Position numbers and translations under genes: made by a program. Shown here piece after piece: positions 35,291-47,569 of a stretch of 64,000 nt of DNA. How positions within the stretch are numbered: position 1 is the stretch's first letter; each line of letters opens with the position of its first letter. The notes beneath the pieces are model-generated. The model saw only the letters and a list, made by a program, of their open reading frames with translations, was not told the DNA's origin and ran no database searches. This stretch comes from Octopus sinensis (taxonomy: Eukaryota), in the NCBI RefSeq assembly GCF_006345805.1, contig NC_043001.1, positions 14,756,001 through 14,820,000 of the forward strand, given 5' to 3'.

Positions 35291-35975
35291 TGTTTTGCAG
35301 TTCCTCTTCTGCATTCGAGATTTCTTTCATTTCTGAAATATCAACTCACTCGGCGGATCAATGCTTGTTCATAAAATGTTCTCCCAACAGACAGACAGTG
35401 CGAATATTTTTCTTCACATCTAATTGACTATTAATACAAACAGACGTTACACAGTTTGTATTAATAGTCAATTAGAAACAAGAACCTGAAACATATGTAT
35501 GGAGATGGCAAAGAATACGATGTTGGAATTAAACGTCCAGTGTGTTTTGATTTTACATTAAGAACAAAACTTGAAAAATAAATCATCGGTTCCTTGTACA
35601 ACATCGAGAATCTATGCAATAACCTGTCAATTCATTTTTAATATGTTATTGCAGATACCAATATATTAAGAATGGACATATATATTGTTGTTTAAATTCC
35701 TGCTGTTCTGCAAGCACACAATAAATTATTATCTGTTTCGTAGACATCAGCACACATCAGCCTATAATTTGTAGATTCCTGTAAATAAGAGCTTGTGCTC
35801 TTGTGAGCATCATCAGCCCTATGGGCTACGAAATTTTTTTTCCCACGAGAGTTCTGGACCCCAGTTGATGAACAGACTTATAGAACTGTAGGAGTAGATC
35901 TAGTTTTGATTTGAAGATAGCCACATTCACCCTATGCCAGTCTCTCAGGCTTTTTGAGAGGTTATTGAAAGTTCT

Positions 35976-36425
35976 TTGAAACCCAAGCTGTTGCAGTACC
36001 TGGTCCTATATCCTGATGGCAATATATGTATGTATGTGAAGGGTCTTCATATGATGCTGATATGCAGTGTCTGTACAAAAGCCTGCTTCAGTAAAGCTGG
36101 ACTCAAGAGTCATCTTCGTAGTCATAAGGTGAGGTGGATGATTGACAACCTAGCCACTGGTGGTGGTATAACACACCATACTAATCATATCTGTCAGGTA
36201 TGTAGAAGGGAGTGTAATTCGGCAGGAGAACTTAAACGACATGCAAAGGTACATGAAGCCCAGTTAAAACTACAGCTGACTATTACCGGTAAAGGTTTTA
36301 GTTGCCAATTCTGTACAAGACATTGTAGATCTTTAACTGAGCTAAAAAGTCACATTCGATCACAGCACCAATAACAGTTAAGCTTCGTGCAATGGCCAAA
36401 CTCGATAACGAGGGAGCAGCCATCA
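35976..36425 (+). mobile_element. 3' end of an RTE-clade LINE encoding three C2H2 zinc fingers
   Basis: CSVCTKACFSKAGLKSHLRSH, CQVCRRECNSAGELKRHAKVH, CQFCTRHCRSLTELKSHIRSQH; no TGEKP linkers; short 3' UTR CTCGATAACGAGGGAGCAGCCATCAT then (GTAT)n. Confidence 0.7.
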
Positions 36426-36491
36426 TGTATGTATGCATGTACGTATGTATGTATGTATGTATGTATGTATGTATGTATGTATGTATGAGTG

Positions 36492-36800
36492 AAGGCACAT
36501 GACTCAGTGGTTAGAGCGTCAAGCTTACGATCAGGAGGTTGTGAGTTCGATTCCCAGACCGGGCTGCGTGTTGTGTTCTTGAGGAAGACACTTTATTTCA
36601 CATTGCCCCAGTTAACTCAGCTGTAGAAATGAGTTGTGACATCAGTGGTGCCAAGCTGTATCGGCCCCTTTGCCTTTCCCTTGGATAACATCAGTGGTGT
36701 GGAGAGGGGAGGTTGGTATGCATAGCCCAGACTTGTACCTTGGAGGGTAACTTTCTAGGTGCAATCCCATAGTCATTCATGACCGAAGGGGTCTCCCATG
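36492..36800 (+). mobile_element. CORE-type tRNA SINE (distinct subfamily)
   Basis: A box TGACTCAGTGG, B box GAGTTCGATTCC, CORE-like GTTCTTGAGGAAGACACTTTATTTCAC. Confidence 0.8.
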
Positions 36801-37734
36801 TATGTATGTATGTATACACACACATACACAGACACACAAAACCCTAAGGTGAAGATGCCTCAACCTCAGAAACGTATGTATACAGGTGATGCAAAATAAA
36901 TAGCTAAAAACACTATTATATTTACAACATGATGGTTACATGTTACATATATTTGTATAAATCTCTATGTAGAAATTATATATCATACACTCACTGAAAC
37001 ACACTCACACATATATGTCCACATATATTTATCATTACTAATTTACACTCTCACATAGAATGGCATGCCGCTAAATATGTGTTCAATTATAAGCATCACA
37101 CTTAGTGACAATTAACTAAAAGTTCTATCATTATCATCACTCCATATTAAATACATTCCGGAGCGTGTAGTTTAATAGTGTTAGGCATGGTTTGTGCATT
37201 AAGGTTTAAATGTATGAACTAATTGTGCATATTTAACATTAAACTCAATTCTATACACAGGAGTTGGACAAAATAATGGAAACACCTAACATCGTAACAT
37301 CATAATTTTGAAATATCTATAAAACCATCAAATGCTTGAGGAATTTCAACTGTGTTTCGTGGTCTGCTACCACAACAGCTCTTTTATAGGATCCAGTTAG
37401 TTCAAGACATCATCAGGAGGAACCACGTCCGGTTTTGGCCCCTACTCCTCGACCTTTTTGATGTGGCAGGGCCCCCCCCCCTTTCGGAGGTGTCTTCAGC
37501 TCTGGTGTTGGGTACATGTCTTCTTTCTTCTTCTTTTGTTCCCTGGCATCTTCAATATTTTTATGTTTTTTGATTTGTTATTAGTGTTGCTTAATATGTT
37601 TTGCTAAAATTGCTGTGGTATCTTTGGCAAATGTTATTTTCATTGGCCTTATGAATGAAATTGAGTAAGTGGAAACTGTAGAGAAGCTCATCAAATAGGT
37701 GCAACTGTAGGGATACTGTGTCCCTGGCAGTACA

Positions 37735-38784
37735 TTATGGTGTGGCCTATCATCGAAATGATTAAACAGACCACTACTTTTGACAGTATTGGGACAATCT
37801 TTCATGTCAAATATTCAAGAGGAGTTTGCAGATGTAGAATTATTTTCAGCAAGATGTGGCAGCCCCATGCCACCATAGTAATGGCAAGCCCTACTTTGTT
37901 AGGATTTTGCCAAGCACGAGGATTAGACAAAATGATTCAGCAGAATGCCCTCCACGTTCAACAGGCCTTACACCTTTAACTTTTTATGGGGATACTTAAA
38001 AGATAAATTTTACAATACAAAAGTAAATACTATCATGACCGATATCCAAACTGCAGTGGAAAAGGTTAGCCACTGGATTTGGTTAAAAAGAGACGATGAG
38101 CGATGGCTAGAAGAATGTTGAGCTTTATTTAATAATCAGTAGATCTAGCAAGTGGGGCTGGTATGCATTGATGCTGTTGTTGTTGTTAAGCAACAAGATG
38201 GGTAAGGGTGATTAGGTGATAGTCTAGGGCTTAGGGGTGGGAGACCCCAGACCTTGGAAAAAAAAACTTTGGTCGTCGTGTTGTAGTCGAGGGCCCTTCA
38301 TTGACGCCCAACAACACTAGGAGGTGGCCCTCGAAGTTGCTGGAAATAGAGATCTCCAGGTCCAAATTCTTGAACGGCATGCATTGATGCTGTCGACAGG
38401 TAGGCCTCGAAATGGCGTGCATTCTCACCTGATGACCCCATATACATGCTGGCTTCTGGTGTGCGGAGTTCTCGACAGGTAGCACTTGCACGTACAAGTT
38501 GTTTGCAAAACATCCAGCAACAGTTGATGAATTGAAAGCAGCCACTAAACGAGAATGCACACAAATACCAAATGAAATTGTGTTTTATTGTTGTTTACGA
38601 TTCCATTGCTTTGCGTCATCAATATCGTCTGCATCAGGACAGTCATCAGTTTGGAAACAGGTGTTTGTAAAATAATTCAATTCCGTCTGTGAATTATTAT
38701 CAAATTGAAAAAACGAAATGTATTTTAATAAATATTGACTTTATAATGATTCAATGTTTGTAAACACTTTTCTGAGATACTCTG
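37735..38784 (+). pseudogene. Degraded IS630-Tc1-mariner transposase C-terminal half with probable right TIR
   Basis: FQQDVAAPCHH (FQQDGAPxH) at 37844 and ECPPRSTGLTPL/FLWGYLKDKFY (WPPRSPDLTPLDFFLWGYLK); TIR ...TTTCTGAGATACTCTG|TA at 38784; interrupted at 38170-38560. Confidence 0.7.
38170..38560 (-). mobile_element. Unclassified LINE-like remnant (possibly Tx1/L1 3' end); second piece at 45470-45590
   Basis: Two diverged copies in the window; weak similarity NFEGHLLVLLGVNE/RALDYN..KVW. Confidence 0.35.
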
Positions 38785-38980
38785 TATAAAAACACACACA
38801 TGTGTGTGTGAATGTATATATATGTGTGTGTGTGTGTGTGTACATATATATGTGTGTGTGTGTGTACATATATATGTGTGTGTGTGTGTGTGTGTACATA
38901 TATATGTGTGTGTGTGTGTGTGTACATATATATGTGTGTGTGTGTGTGTGTACATATATATGTGTGTGTGTGTGTACATA

Positions 38981-39226
38981 TCATCATCATCATCATCATC
39001 ATCGTTTAACGTCCGTTTTCCGCGCTAGCACGGGTTGGACGGTTTCGACCGGGGTCTGGGGAGCTCGGGACTGCCCCAGGCTCCAGTCTAGTCTGGCAGT
39101 GTTTCTACAGCTGGATGCCCTTCCTAACGCCAACCACTCCGCGAGTGTAGTGGGTTTTTTTTACGTGCCACCTGCACAGGTGCCAGAGGGGTCTGGCATC
39201 GGCCACGTTCGGATGGTGCTTTTTAT
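38981..39226 (-). mobile_element. RTE-related retroposon, 3' part
   Basis: (CAT)n CGTTTAACGTCCGTTTTCC...GGATGCCCTTCCTAACGCCAACC. Confidence 0.85.
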
Positions 39227-39477
39227 GTGGGGGGGGGGGAAATATAGGGGAGCACCAGTGGGGAGGGGTGGTTCAGAGAAATGATGACAGGTTCTAGGCA
39301 AGTAGAACGTAGGATATCAAGAGAGGGGTAATGCATGGTGAAATAGCGTATTGAAGAGGGGGGTTCGAAGAGTAGACACCTATAATGGTGGTGGGAGAAG
39401 CGACATCCGGTATAGATGGAGCAAAAATATAGAGATATCCGGTATTTGTGGTGGGGGTGGGCAAGGGCGGGTGCACC

Positions 39478-40357
39478 GGGAATATGACGGGCTGGCTTAA
39501 AAATGCTCTTAGCAAGGAAGAGGTGGGATGGCAGACAACGTAAAAGAGGGAGAGAGAGAAGGGAAATAGTGGAACCCCGCGAAAATGGGCCGCCATTGAA
39601 AAAAACCCCTGTATGGAGAAATAATATGCAATACAAGGCGAAGCTGAAAATAGTAATATAATAATAATATAATAATAATAACAACAATAATAATAAGCAA
39701 ATTTTCGACCGAGGATCAAAGGGACAATACTACTACTAATAATAGTAATAATAATAAATAATAAACAGCTCAACACAACATTAGATTAGAAAGACTCTCT
39801 TATCTTGGGAACATTTCGTTCTTCGGCCTGACACGGGAATATGACGGGCTGGCTAAAAATGCTCTTAGCAAAGGAAGAGGGGGAAGGCAGACAACGTAAA
39901 AGAGGGAGGAGAGAAGGGAAATAGTGGAACCCCGCGAAAATGGGCCGCCATTGAAAAAAACCCCTGTATGGAGAAATAATATGCATACAAGGCGAAGCTG
40001 AAAATAGTAATAATAATAAAAAATAATAACAACAATAATAATAAGCAAATTTTCGACCGAGGATCAAAGGGACAATACTAATACTACTAATATAGTAATA
40101 ATAATAAATAATAAACAGCTCAACCACAACATTAGATTAGAAAGACTCTCTTATCTTGGGAACATTTCGTTCTTCGGCCTGACACGGGAATATGACGGGC
40201 TGGCTTAAAAATGCTCTTAGCAAAGGAAGAGGGGGAATGGCAGACAACGTAAAAGAGGGAGAGAGAGAAGGGAAATAGTGGAACCCCGCGAAAATGGGCC
40301 GCCATTGAAAAAACCCCTGTATGGAGAAATAATATGCAATACAAGGCGAAGCTGAAA

Positions 40358-40390
<33 letters not shown>

Positions 40391-40531
40391 ACAATAATAA
40401 TAAGCAAATTTTCGACCGAGGATCAAAGGGACAATACTAATACTACTAATAATAGTAATAATAATAAATAATAAACAGCTCAACCACAACATTAGATTAG
40501 AAAGACTCTCTTATCTTGGGAACATTTCGTT
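39478..40531. repeat. Three tandem copies of a ~350-bp unit
   Basis: Units start GGGAATATGACGGGCTGGC at 39478, 39835 and 40186; the third stops 14 nt short at (TA)n. Confidence 0.92.
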
Positions 40532-41078
40532 ATATATATATATATATATATATATATTCTTTTACTTGTTTTAATAATTTGACTGCGGTCATGCTGGTGC
40601 ACCGTCTTAACATATATAAATGTATATTGATATATACACACATGCACACATAGAGTGTATATAATCTGAAACATTAGTTTCAAATTTTTGCGCAATGTTG
40701 TGGGTTGGTATGAGTCAATGGCATCAACCCCAGTGTTGCTAGATATTTTACATATTTACTGGTTCATATTTTATTGGCTCTGAGAGAATGCGTGGTATCT
40801 TTGGTTATTTCATTTTGTTATTTTCATTGGCCTTATGAATGAAATTGAGTAAGGGGAAACTGTAAAGAAGCTCATCAAATAGATTGCATTTGTAGTTAAA
40901 AAAGATATGTTCTTGTCCCACACTGTATGCTTTTGATTCTGCCTGAGAATTGCATAAAAGAAACAGATGTAGGTAAAATGGTCAGCGACATTTACATTAA
41001 TCCAAGAGCAGATAATTCAGTTGGTCGAACAACAGAATCCTCAAGTTTCATTCCTCCACATAATTGATGTTTATCATA

Positions 41079-41485
41079 GGCGCAGGAGTGGCTCTGTGGT
41101 AAGTAGCTTGCTTACCAATCACATGGTTTTAGGTTCAGTCACACTGCATGGCACCTTGGGCAAGTGTCTTCTACTATAGCCTCAGGCCGACCAAAGCCTT
41201 GTGAGTGGATTTGGTAGACAGAAACTGAAAGAAGCCCGTCGTATATATGTATATATATATGTGTGCGTGTATGTTTGTGTGTCTGTGTTTGTCCCCCTAG
41301 CATTGCTTGACAACTGATGCTGGTGTGTTTATGTCCCCGTCACTTAGCGGTTCGGCAAAAGAGACCGATAGAATAAGTACTGGGCTTACAAAGAATAAGT
41401 CCCGGGGTCGAGTTGCTTGATTAAAGGCGGTGCTCCAGCATGGCCACAGTCAAATGACTGAAACAAGTAAAAGATAAAAGATAAA

Positions 41486-41490
<5 letters not shown>
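41079..41490 (+). mobile_element. Full CORE-type SINE
   Basis: GGCGCAGGAGTGGCTCTGTGG head, CORE and tail. Confidence 0.9.
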
Positions 41491-41576
<86 letters not shown>

Positions 41577-41835
41577 CCAACCCATGCTAGCATGAAAAAC
41601 GGACGTTAAAGGATGATGATGATGATATATATAACAAAAGAGGGGGGGAGATTCGTTTGACTAAAATTCTCCAAGGTGTGGTTGCAGTCTAATGACTGAA
41701 ACAAGTAAAAGATAAAAGATAATGGCCGGACGGTTTAGTAATTCGCTTTGAAATTGAGATGTCTTGGGTTCATTCTCTCATTGTGGTATCTTCAGGAAAT
41801 GTTATTTTTAATGGCCTCAGATCGACCTGTGCATT

Positions 41836-42235
41836 CATCATCATCATCATCATCATCATTTAACGTTCGCTTTCCATGCTAGCATGGGTTGGACGATTGA
41901 CTGAGGGCTGGTGAACCGGATGGCTGCACCAGGCTCCAATCTTGATTTGGCAGTGTTTCTACAGCTGGATGCCCTTCCTAATGCCAACCACTCCGAGAGT
42001 GTAGTGGGTGCTTTTTACGTGCCACCAGCACGGGGTCCAGTCAGGCGATACTGGCAACAACCTTGCTCAAATCCTTTTACATATGCCACCAGCACAAGTG
42101 CCAGTAAGGCGATGCTGGTAACAATCACGCTCGAATGGTGCCCTTTAAGTGCCACCGGCATGGAAGCCGGTTAACTGCTCTGTTAATGATCACGCTCGTA
42201 TGGTGCTCTTTGCAGCCTGCTAGCACGGACGCCAT
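41836..42235 (-). mobile_element. RTE-related retroposon
   Basis: Same family as the 34680 copy; a tail fragment in the opposite orientation lies at 41575-41625. Confidence 0.85.
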
Positions 42236-42750
42236 TCATTGAGTTTGATTTTGATTTTGCTTTTGATTGATTGAAATTGAGTGAGTGGATATTGTATAGA
42301 AGCCCATGAGAGGGATTGCATTCGTAGTTAAAAACAAAAATGCGGTCCTATCCTTTGTTGCACACTGTATGCTGTTGATTCTTTCTGAGAATTACATCAA
42401 GGGAGCAGATGTACGTAAAATGGTCCACGACTTTTACGTTAATTCAAGAGACTCACTACCACCACCACCACCACCACCACCACCAACAACAACAACACTT
42501 TCAATACCACCACCGCCACCACCACCATTTTGTAGTGTCAGTAATGTCAAAAACGAGACACATATATGATGAAATATTCTATCGTTCATACGTAATAAAA
42601 AAGTAATTAATTTTGTTAATCAGAAAATATGTCAGAGATAATTTGTTTTAAGCTTAATATCAGAATATATTTAGAAAGATACTGAATTTTAATTTCGGAT
42701 TCTGGCACTTTACCAAGACTGCGTGCACACACGTGTGTTGCATGCACGAA

Positions 42751-42782
<32 letters not shown>

Positions 42783-42783
<1 letters not shown>

Positions 42784-42960
42784 GTTGAAATTTATAGAAA
42801 AACAAAAGATGAAGACACAACAATCAAGTGTATTAGTTTGACGCTCGGAAAAAAGGAAAAAGTCTTTTATGTTTCGAGCCTATGCTCTTCAACATAAAGC
42901 AATAAGAGAAAATATACAGAGAGAGAATGAAAAAAACCTGTAGATTTCAGCAGTCCAACA
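42783..42960 (-). mobile_element. Family B fragment with decayed HHR variant (42864-42899)
   Basis: CUUU AUGUUGA A GAGC-AUAG-GCUC GAAA CAUA/AAAG. Confidence 0.6.
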
Positions 42961-43401
42961 TGCCAAATATATATATATATATATATATATATAGGTGTGT
43001 GTACATACATTAATCTTTGCTTTTATGTTCACTTGTGGTAAAAACAATTTTGCATTTATCTGATGGGTTACTCTATGTTTTTGTAGAATACAAGTTTATT
43101 ATTCTTCAAGAAGGATATTACTGACAGTAACTTCAACCATAAACTGCCACAGTCTGGCCACATCCACCTTGGTTGCCTTCCATAGAATTACAGGCAATCA
43201 GAAATAGACCTGATGGTGGATAGAGTAGAACATGTCCAGACTACCATCCTGACGGTGGCTTACTGGCTGAAACTTCTAAGTCAAATATATATATATACAT
43301 ATATGTATGTGTGTATGTGTGTACCTACCTACCTACCTACCTATATATATATATATATATATATATACGTGTGTATGTGTGTACCTACCTATATATATAT
43401 A

Positions 43402-43535
43402 TGAAATGGAACAAAAACGCAAAATAAAACATTCGGACAGATAGACGATACAAAGGTGGACAGGTGAAACAACAGTTAGAAGGACAGGCAAAAAAAGACA
43501 GGTCATTCATGGCCTTCTTTCCTCAGTCAAGTATA
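43402..43535 (-). mobile_element. Family C 3' fragment
   Basis: GGAACAAAAACGCAAAA...GGTCATTCATGGCCTTCTTTCCTCAGTCAAGTA homologous to the 61518 copy. Confidence 0.55.
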
Positions 43536-43789
43536 CCAGAAGTCCTTAAAGAAGAATATAAAAACAAATTTTTGTTGAAGAAATTTTCCCCAGGTGGTGA
43601 GTTGTAGTGAAAACAATATACAACATGAGCACTCAGAGAGTGCAAAACTCTGCCAAGGCAACACCAACGTCCTCACAATGATTAGCCAGAGATGATTATT
43701 AAAATGAGAATATCTGAAATAAACTCGAATACTCTCACAAACGAGAAAGCTAAAAACGAACCTGACTGCTCTCAAAAATTAAATTAAAA

Positions 43790-43992
43790 AACAGGAAAAA
43801 TAATCCAGAATCATTGTCCAGTACCAGATCGACCCCAAGATCTAATCAGTTGGTGCCAGTCACTAGGCCAAACATTCGTGAAAGTTTCATTTGAATCCAT
43901 CCAGCGGTTCTTGAGATATCTTGTCCACAGACAAACAAACAAACAAACACAACTGAAAACAAAACCTCTCCCTTCGCTAAGGCAGAGGTAAT
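43790..43992 (+). mobile_element. DINE-1/HINE-like (Helentron-associated) element 3' end
   Basis: GATATCTTGTCCACAGACAAAC(AAAC)n...GAAAACAAAACCTCT-hairpin-AGAGGTAATAA. Confidence 0.6.
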
Positions 43993-44164
43993 AAAAGAAG
44001 GAAAATGCATACAATTTATATATATTTAGTATATTTTAAAGGATAGAATTTCATGATAGTCAACTGGTTTCACATTTTGCTTTACATGACATTGAAATTG
44101 GAGAAAATGTTGCAATTTCATATTTTCATGTTTCTTGTATGAGAGTTTGTTTGTAAATGAACCT

Positions 44165-44562
44165 ACTCTTTTACTTGTTTCAGTCATTTGACTGCAGCCA
44201 GGCTGGAGCACCACCTTTAGTCGAGCAAATCGACCCTATGACTTATTCTTTGTAATCCCAGTACTTATTCTATCGGTCTCTTTTGCCGAATCGCTAAGTG
44301 ACGGGGACGTAAACACACCAGCATCGGTTGTCAAGCAATGCTAGGGGGACAAACACAGACACACAAACACACACACACATATATATATATACATATATAC
44401 GACAGGCTTCTTTCAGTTTCCGTCTACCAAATCCACTCACAAGGCTTTGGTCAGCCCGAGGCTATAGTAAAAGACACTTGCCCAAGGTGCCACACAATGA
44501 GACTGAACCTGGAACCATGTGGTTCGTAAGCAAGCTACTTACCACACAGCCACTCCTATGCC
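44165..44562 (-). mobile_element. Full CORE-type SINE
   Basis: Reverse complement of the family consensus. Confidence 0.9.
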
Positions 44563-44599
44563 TATGATAAACATCAATTATGATGTGGAGGAAGGAAAC

Positions 44600-44830
44600 T
44601 TGGATACCTGAGCAATTCTTAGATTTCCTCGCAAAAATCTTTCCCAAACCAGTACACAGACGTATGTTCGTCCGTCGGAACGATGAGGACCATCCAGTCA
44701 TCCTGAGTAAATGATGACTAATTACTTACACGATGAAGATTTGCACACCATCAACCTCACTCTCTCGTCTGTGACCAACTTCAATCGAGTGGCAAGACCA
44801 GGTCAAGATGACAGGTGATGGAGACAGATT
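44600..44830 (+). pseudogene. Decayed RTE LINE C-terminus
   Basis: DEDLHTINLTLSS...GQDDR*WRQI resembles the DL..L.L...AQDR..WR end of RTE ORF2. Confidence 0.4.
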
Positions 44831-44998
44831 CGGTGGATGACCAAGATGTCCTGCCTGCCTCGTCTTGCTCTATGGACTTCACAAGGTGTTGCTGCTTCCT
44901 CTAAGTTGAATTGTGAAGGTTTCTTCCTCAGCGTTCGCAGGTTCCATTCTTCACATACATATGTAGGCAAGCCCTAATTTACCAAGAGTTACATATAT

Positions 44999-45400
44999 AG
45001 GCGCAAGTATAGCTGTGTGGTAATATGTTTGCATTCCAACTACATGGTTCCGGGTTCAGTTTCACTGTGGGATATCTTGGGCAGGTGACTTCTACTATAG
45101 CCTCGGGCCGATCAAAGCCTTGTAAATGGTTTTGTAAACGGAAACTGAAAGAAACCCATCATATGTATGTGTGTGTGTGGTGTGTGTGTGTGTGCCTGTG
45201 TGTGCCTCACCACTGCTTGACAACCAATGTTGGTTTGTTTACATTTCCTTTAACTTAGCTGTTCGGCAAAAGAGACTGATAGAATAAGTACCAAGCAAAA
45301 AGAAAATAATAATAAGTACTTGGGTTAATTCGTTCATCTAAAAATTCTTCGAAGTGGTGCCCCAGCATGGCCACAGTCTAATGACTGAAACAAGGAAATG
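44999..45400 (+). mobile_element. Diverged CORE-type SINE
   Basis: Head GGCGCAAGTATAGCTGTGTGG, CORE and tail. Confidence 0.8.
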
Positions 45401-46002
45401 ATTATAGAACACGGCTACTCTCACCTCCTTGATATAAAAGTGTAGAGTCAATTTTAACTGATTTGAGCTAGGCCCCCAAACGGCACGCATTCTCTCCTGA
45501 TGACCCCATACATTTGCTGGCTTCCGGTATGCGGAAATTTCGACTGGTAGCACTTGCACGTGCAAGTCCTTTGCAAAACATCCCACCATTTTATTCTTAT
45601 ATGTATGCGACTCCTCGTTAATGTTACAATTCAACATCGTTTATATGAATTATATCTTCGGCTATTAATTTATTATTGAATGAATCTTAGCAATTAATGT
45701 CGGTTCCTTAGAGATAATTTGGGTCAATGTCAGAAATGAAGGCGTCAATCGGAATAATTAATCAGACTGTATGTGTAAAAGTTGTAAACGAATCCTAATG
45801 ACTTGGCTACAATGAGGGGAAAATCTTGGTAATCAACAGATAAATAGAATGATGATTAATTCAAATAGAGAGAGACAGAAAAATATTCGCCTGGATAATT
45901 GTCAACAGAATGATTGTTTGTTTACCACTTGAAAGGTTTTTATCGTTTCAATATCACCCTTGTGGCTATGATTAAAACAAATGATTAATTCAATTATTGT
46001 TG

Positions 46003-46046
<44 letters not shown>

Positions 46047-46064
46047 ATTATTATTATTATTATT

Positions 46065-46420
46065 CAATGTTTGATAGTTTCAGGCAAATTTCTACTGCAT
46101 CAGTGCTACAGCTCCGTGTTGCTGGGATGTGTGCAACATTGTATGTTCATTTTTGTTGTTGTTGTTGGTAGAGTACAGACTCTTCCCTAAATTGTATTGC
46201 ATCAGTTTATTTTGTTATGGGGTTAACTTGAGTCTTTTGCTGCATTAGTGTTTGCATTGTATGTTGTGCAAGTAATGTGAGTTGTATTTTTCTGTTGGGT
46301 ATCAGACCTGGAAAATACATGTCGTGGGGTTTGTTTCTTTTATTGGATATTTACTGTACAGAGTGTGTCCTGTACTTGTGGATTGTATCATTGGGTTGTA
46401 CATAGGATGTGGGCTGTTGT
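46065..46420 (-). mobile_element. Unclassified insert between (TTA)n tracts with a (TAA)n tail on minus
   Basis: Minus end ...AAACTATCAAACATTG(AAT)n, same architecture as the Dong 3' end at 13875. Confidence 0.35.
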
Positions 46421-46439
46421 TGTTGTTATTATTATTATT

Positions 46440-46930
46440 GAGTGAGAGAGCAGTGCATGCCATCAAAGTGACGCTGGGGTAAAATATACGAAGCCCAGTA
46501 CACCCATCATGACTACCCATCTGATAAGGGTACACCAGGCATGTGCATCACAACCATATGTGCATGACATGGTGATATCATATCGAGATAAACAGTGCAT
46601 GACCTTGCAGGTGGGGTCCAGTTGGAATTTTCTTCTGGTTGAGTAGCCCATCCCGCTCAAGCAGTTCTTGAATAGAGGTTGTTTAAGGATGTTGAATGAA
46701 ACACCCATGTTTCCAGAGATGAATTATTCAAACCCCAAAGAATCCCTCTCAACACATGGCTATGATGCTTCCCAACCACTTCTGCTTGTGATCAGAGATG
46801 CACATATTGTCAGCCACTAAAGGACATGCTCAACTGGTTAAGGTCAAACAACTGACAAGCAAATCTGTAGTATTGAGCAGAATATTTGTTGTAGCCCATC
46901 TTGTATACCAAGACAAAACACTGTACATGA
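46440..46930 (-). mobile_element. Unclassified (TAA)n-tailed retroposon
   Basis: Minus end ...GCACTGCTCTCTCACTC(AAT)n; no ORF recognised. Confidence 0.4.
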
Positions 46931-46934
46931 TAAC

Positions 46935-47277
46935 AATAGAGAGGGAGGTACCGTCACCCAGTAAGTTCATTGAAAGGTGGGGGAATTGGCAAGAATGGCC
47001 CGTGTGAATGGGCCTACTCTAAGTGTGCGCCTGTAGGCCGAATAGAAGAGAGAGGAGATGGTGTTTTCCGGTGGAACCTTTGGTGTTAAGGGGTCCAAAG
47101 TGCGTGAGGTCTCTTTGGTCATCTTACGGTGGAACTCCCCCCTTTTGGGGGAGCATGTTGCTGATTTAATCTCTTTGTTAATCATTGTTTCTTTGCTGTT
47201 TACACGTTTGACCTCATTATCCCTCATCTATGTATCGTCCTCTATGTTTTGTGTTTGGCCCTGGTGGCCAATAAAGA

Positions 47278-47280
<3 letters not shown>
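46935..47280 (+). mobile_element. Tx1/L1-group LINE 3' end
   Basis: IEREVPSPSKFIERW / ARMARVNGPTLSVRL* across a frameshift, then 3' UTR, AATAAA and (TAT)n. Confidence 0.55.
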
Positions 47281-47320
<40 letters not shown>

Positions 47321-47324
<4 letters not shown>

Positions 47325-47515
47325 GTCTGTCGTTATGTTCTGAGTTCAAATTCCACCGAGGTCAACTTTGCCTTTCATCCTTTCGGGGTTGTTGATTAAA
47401 TAAATACCAGTTAATCACTGGGGGTTGATGTAATTGACTTAATCCCCTTGTCTGCCCTTGTTTGTCCCCTCTATGTTTAGTCCCCTCTATGTTTAGTCCC
47501 CAGTGGGCAATAAAG
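47321..47515 (+). mobile_element. Headless Meta-like SINE body
   Basis: Starts ATTCGTCTGTCGTTATGTTCTGAGTTC, i.e. at the multimer junction. Confidence 0.8.
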
Positions 47516-47531
47516 TAATAAATTATTATCG

Positions 47532-47569
<38 letters not shown>

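Noticed and set aside
35976-36374. Host C2H2 zinc-finger gene
   Set aside because: No TGEKP linkers, start at a non-ATG codon, and an RTE-like 3' UTR with microsatellite tail; kept as a TE feature, though a host exon is not fully excluded
36849-36876. GTGAAGA...GAAACGTA hammerhead-like motif
   Set aside because: Stem I does not pair and stem II has only 2 bp
45495-45545. CTGATGA...GGAAATTTC hammerhead-like motif
   Set aside because: The homologous copy at ~38428-38475 has GAGT instead of GAAA, and stems are weak
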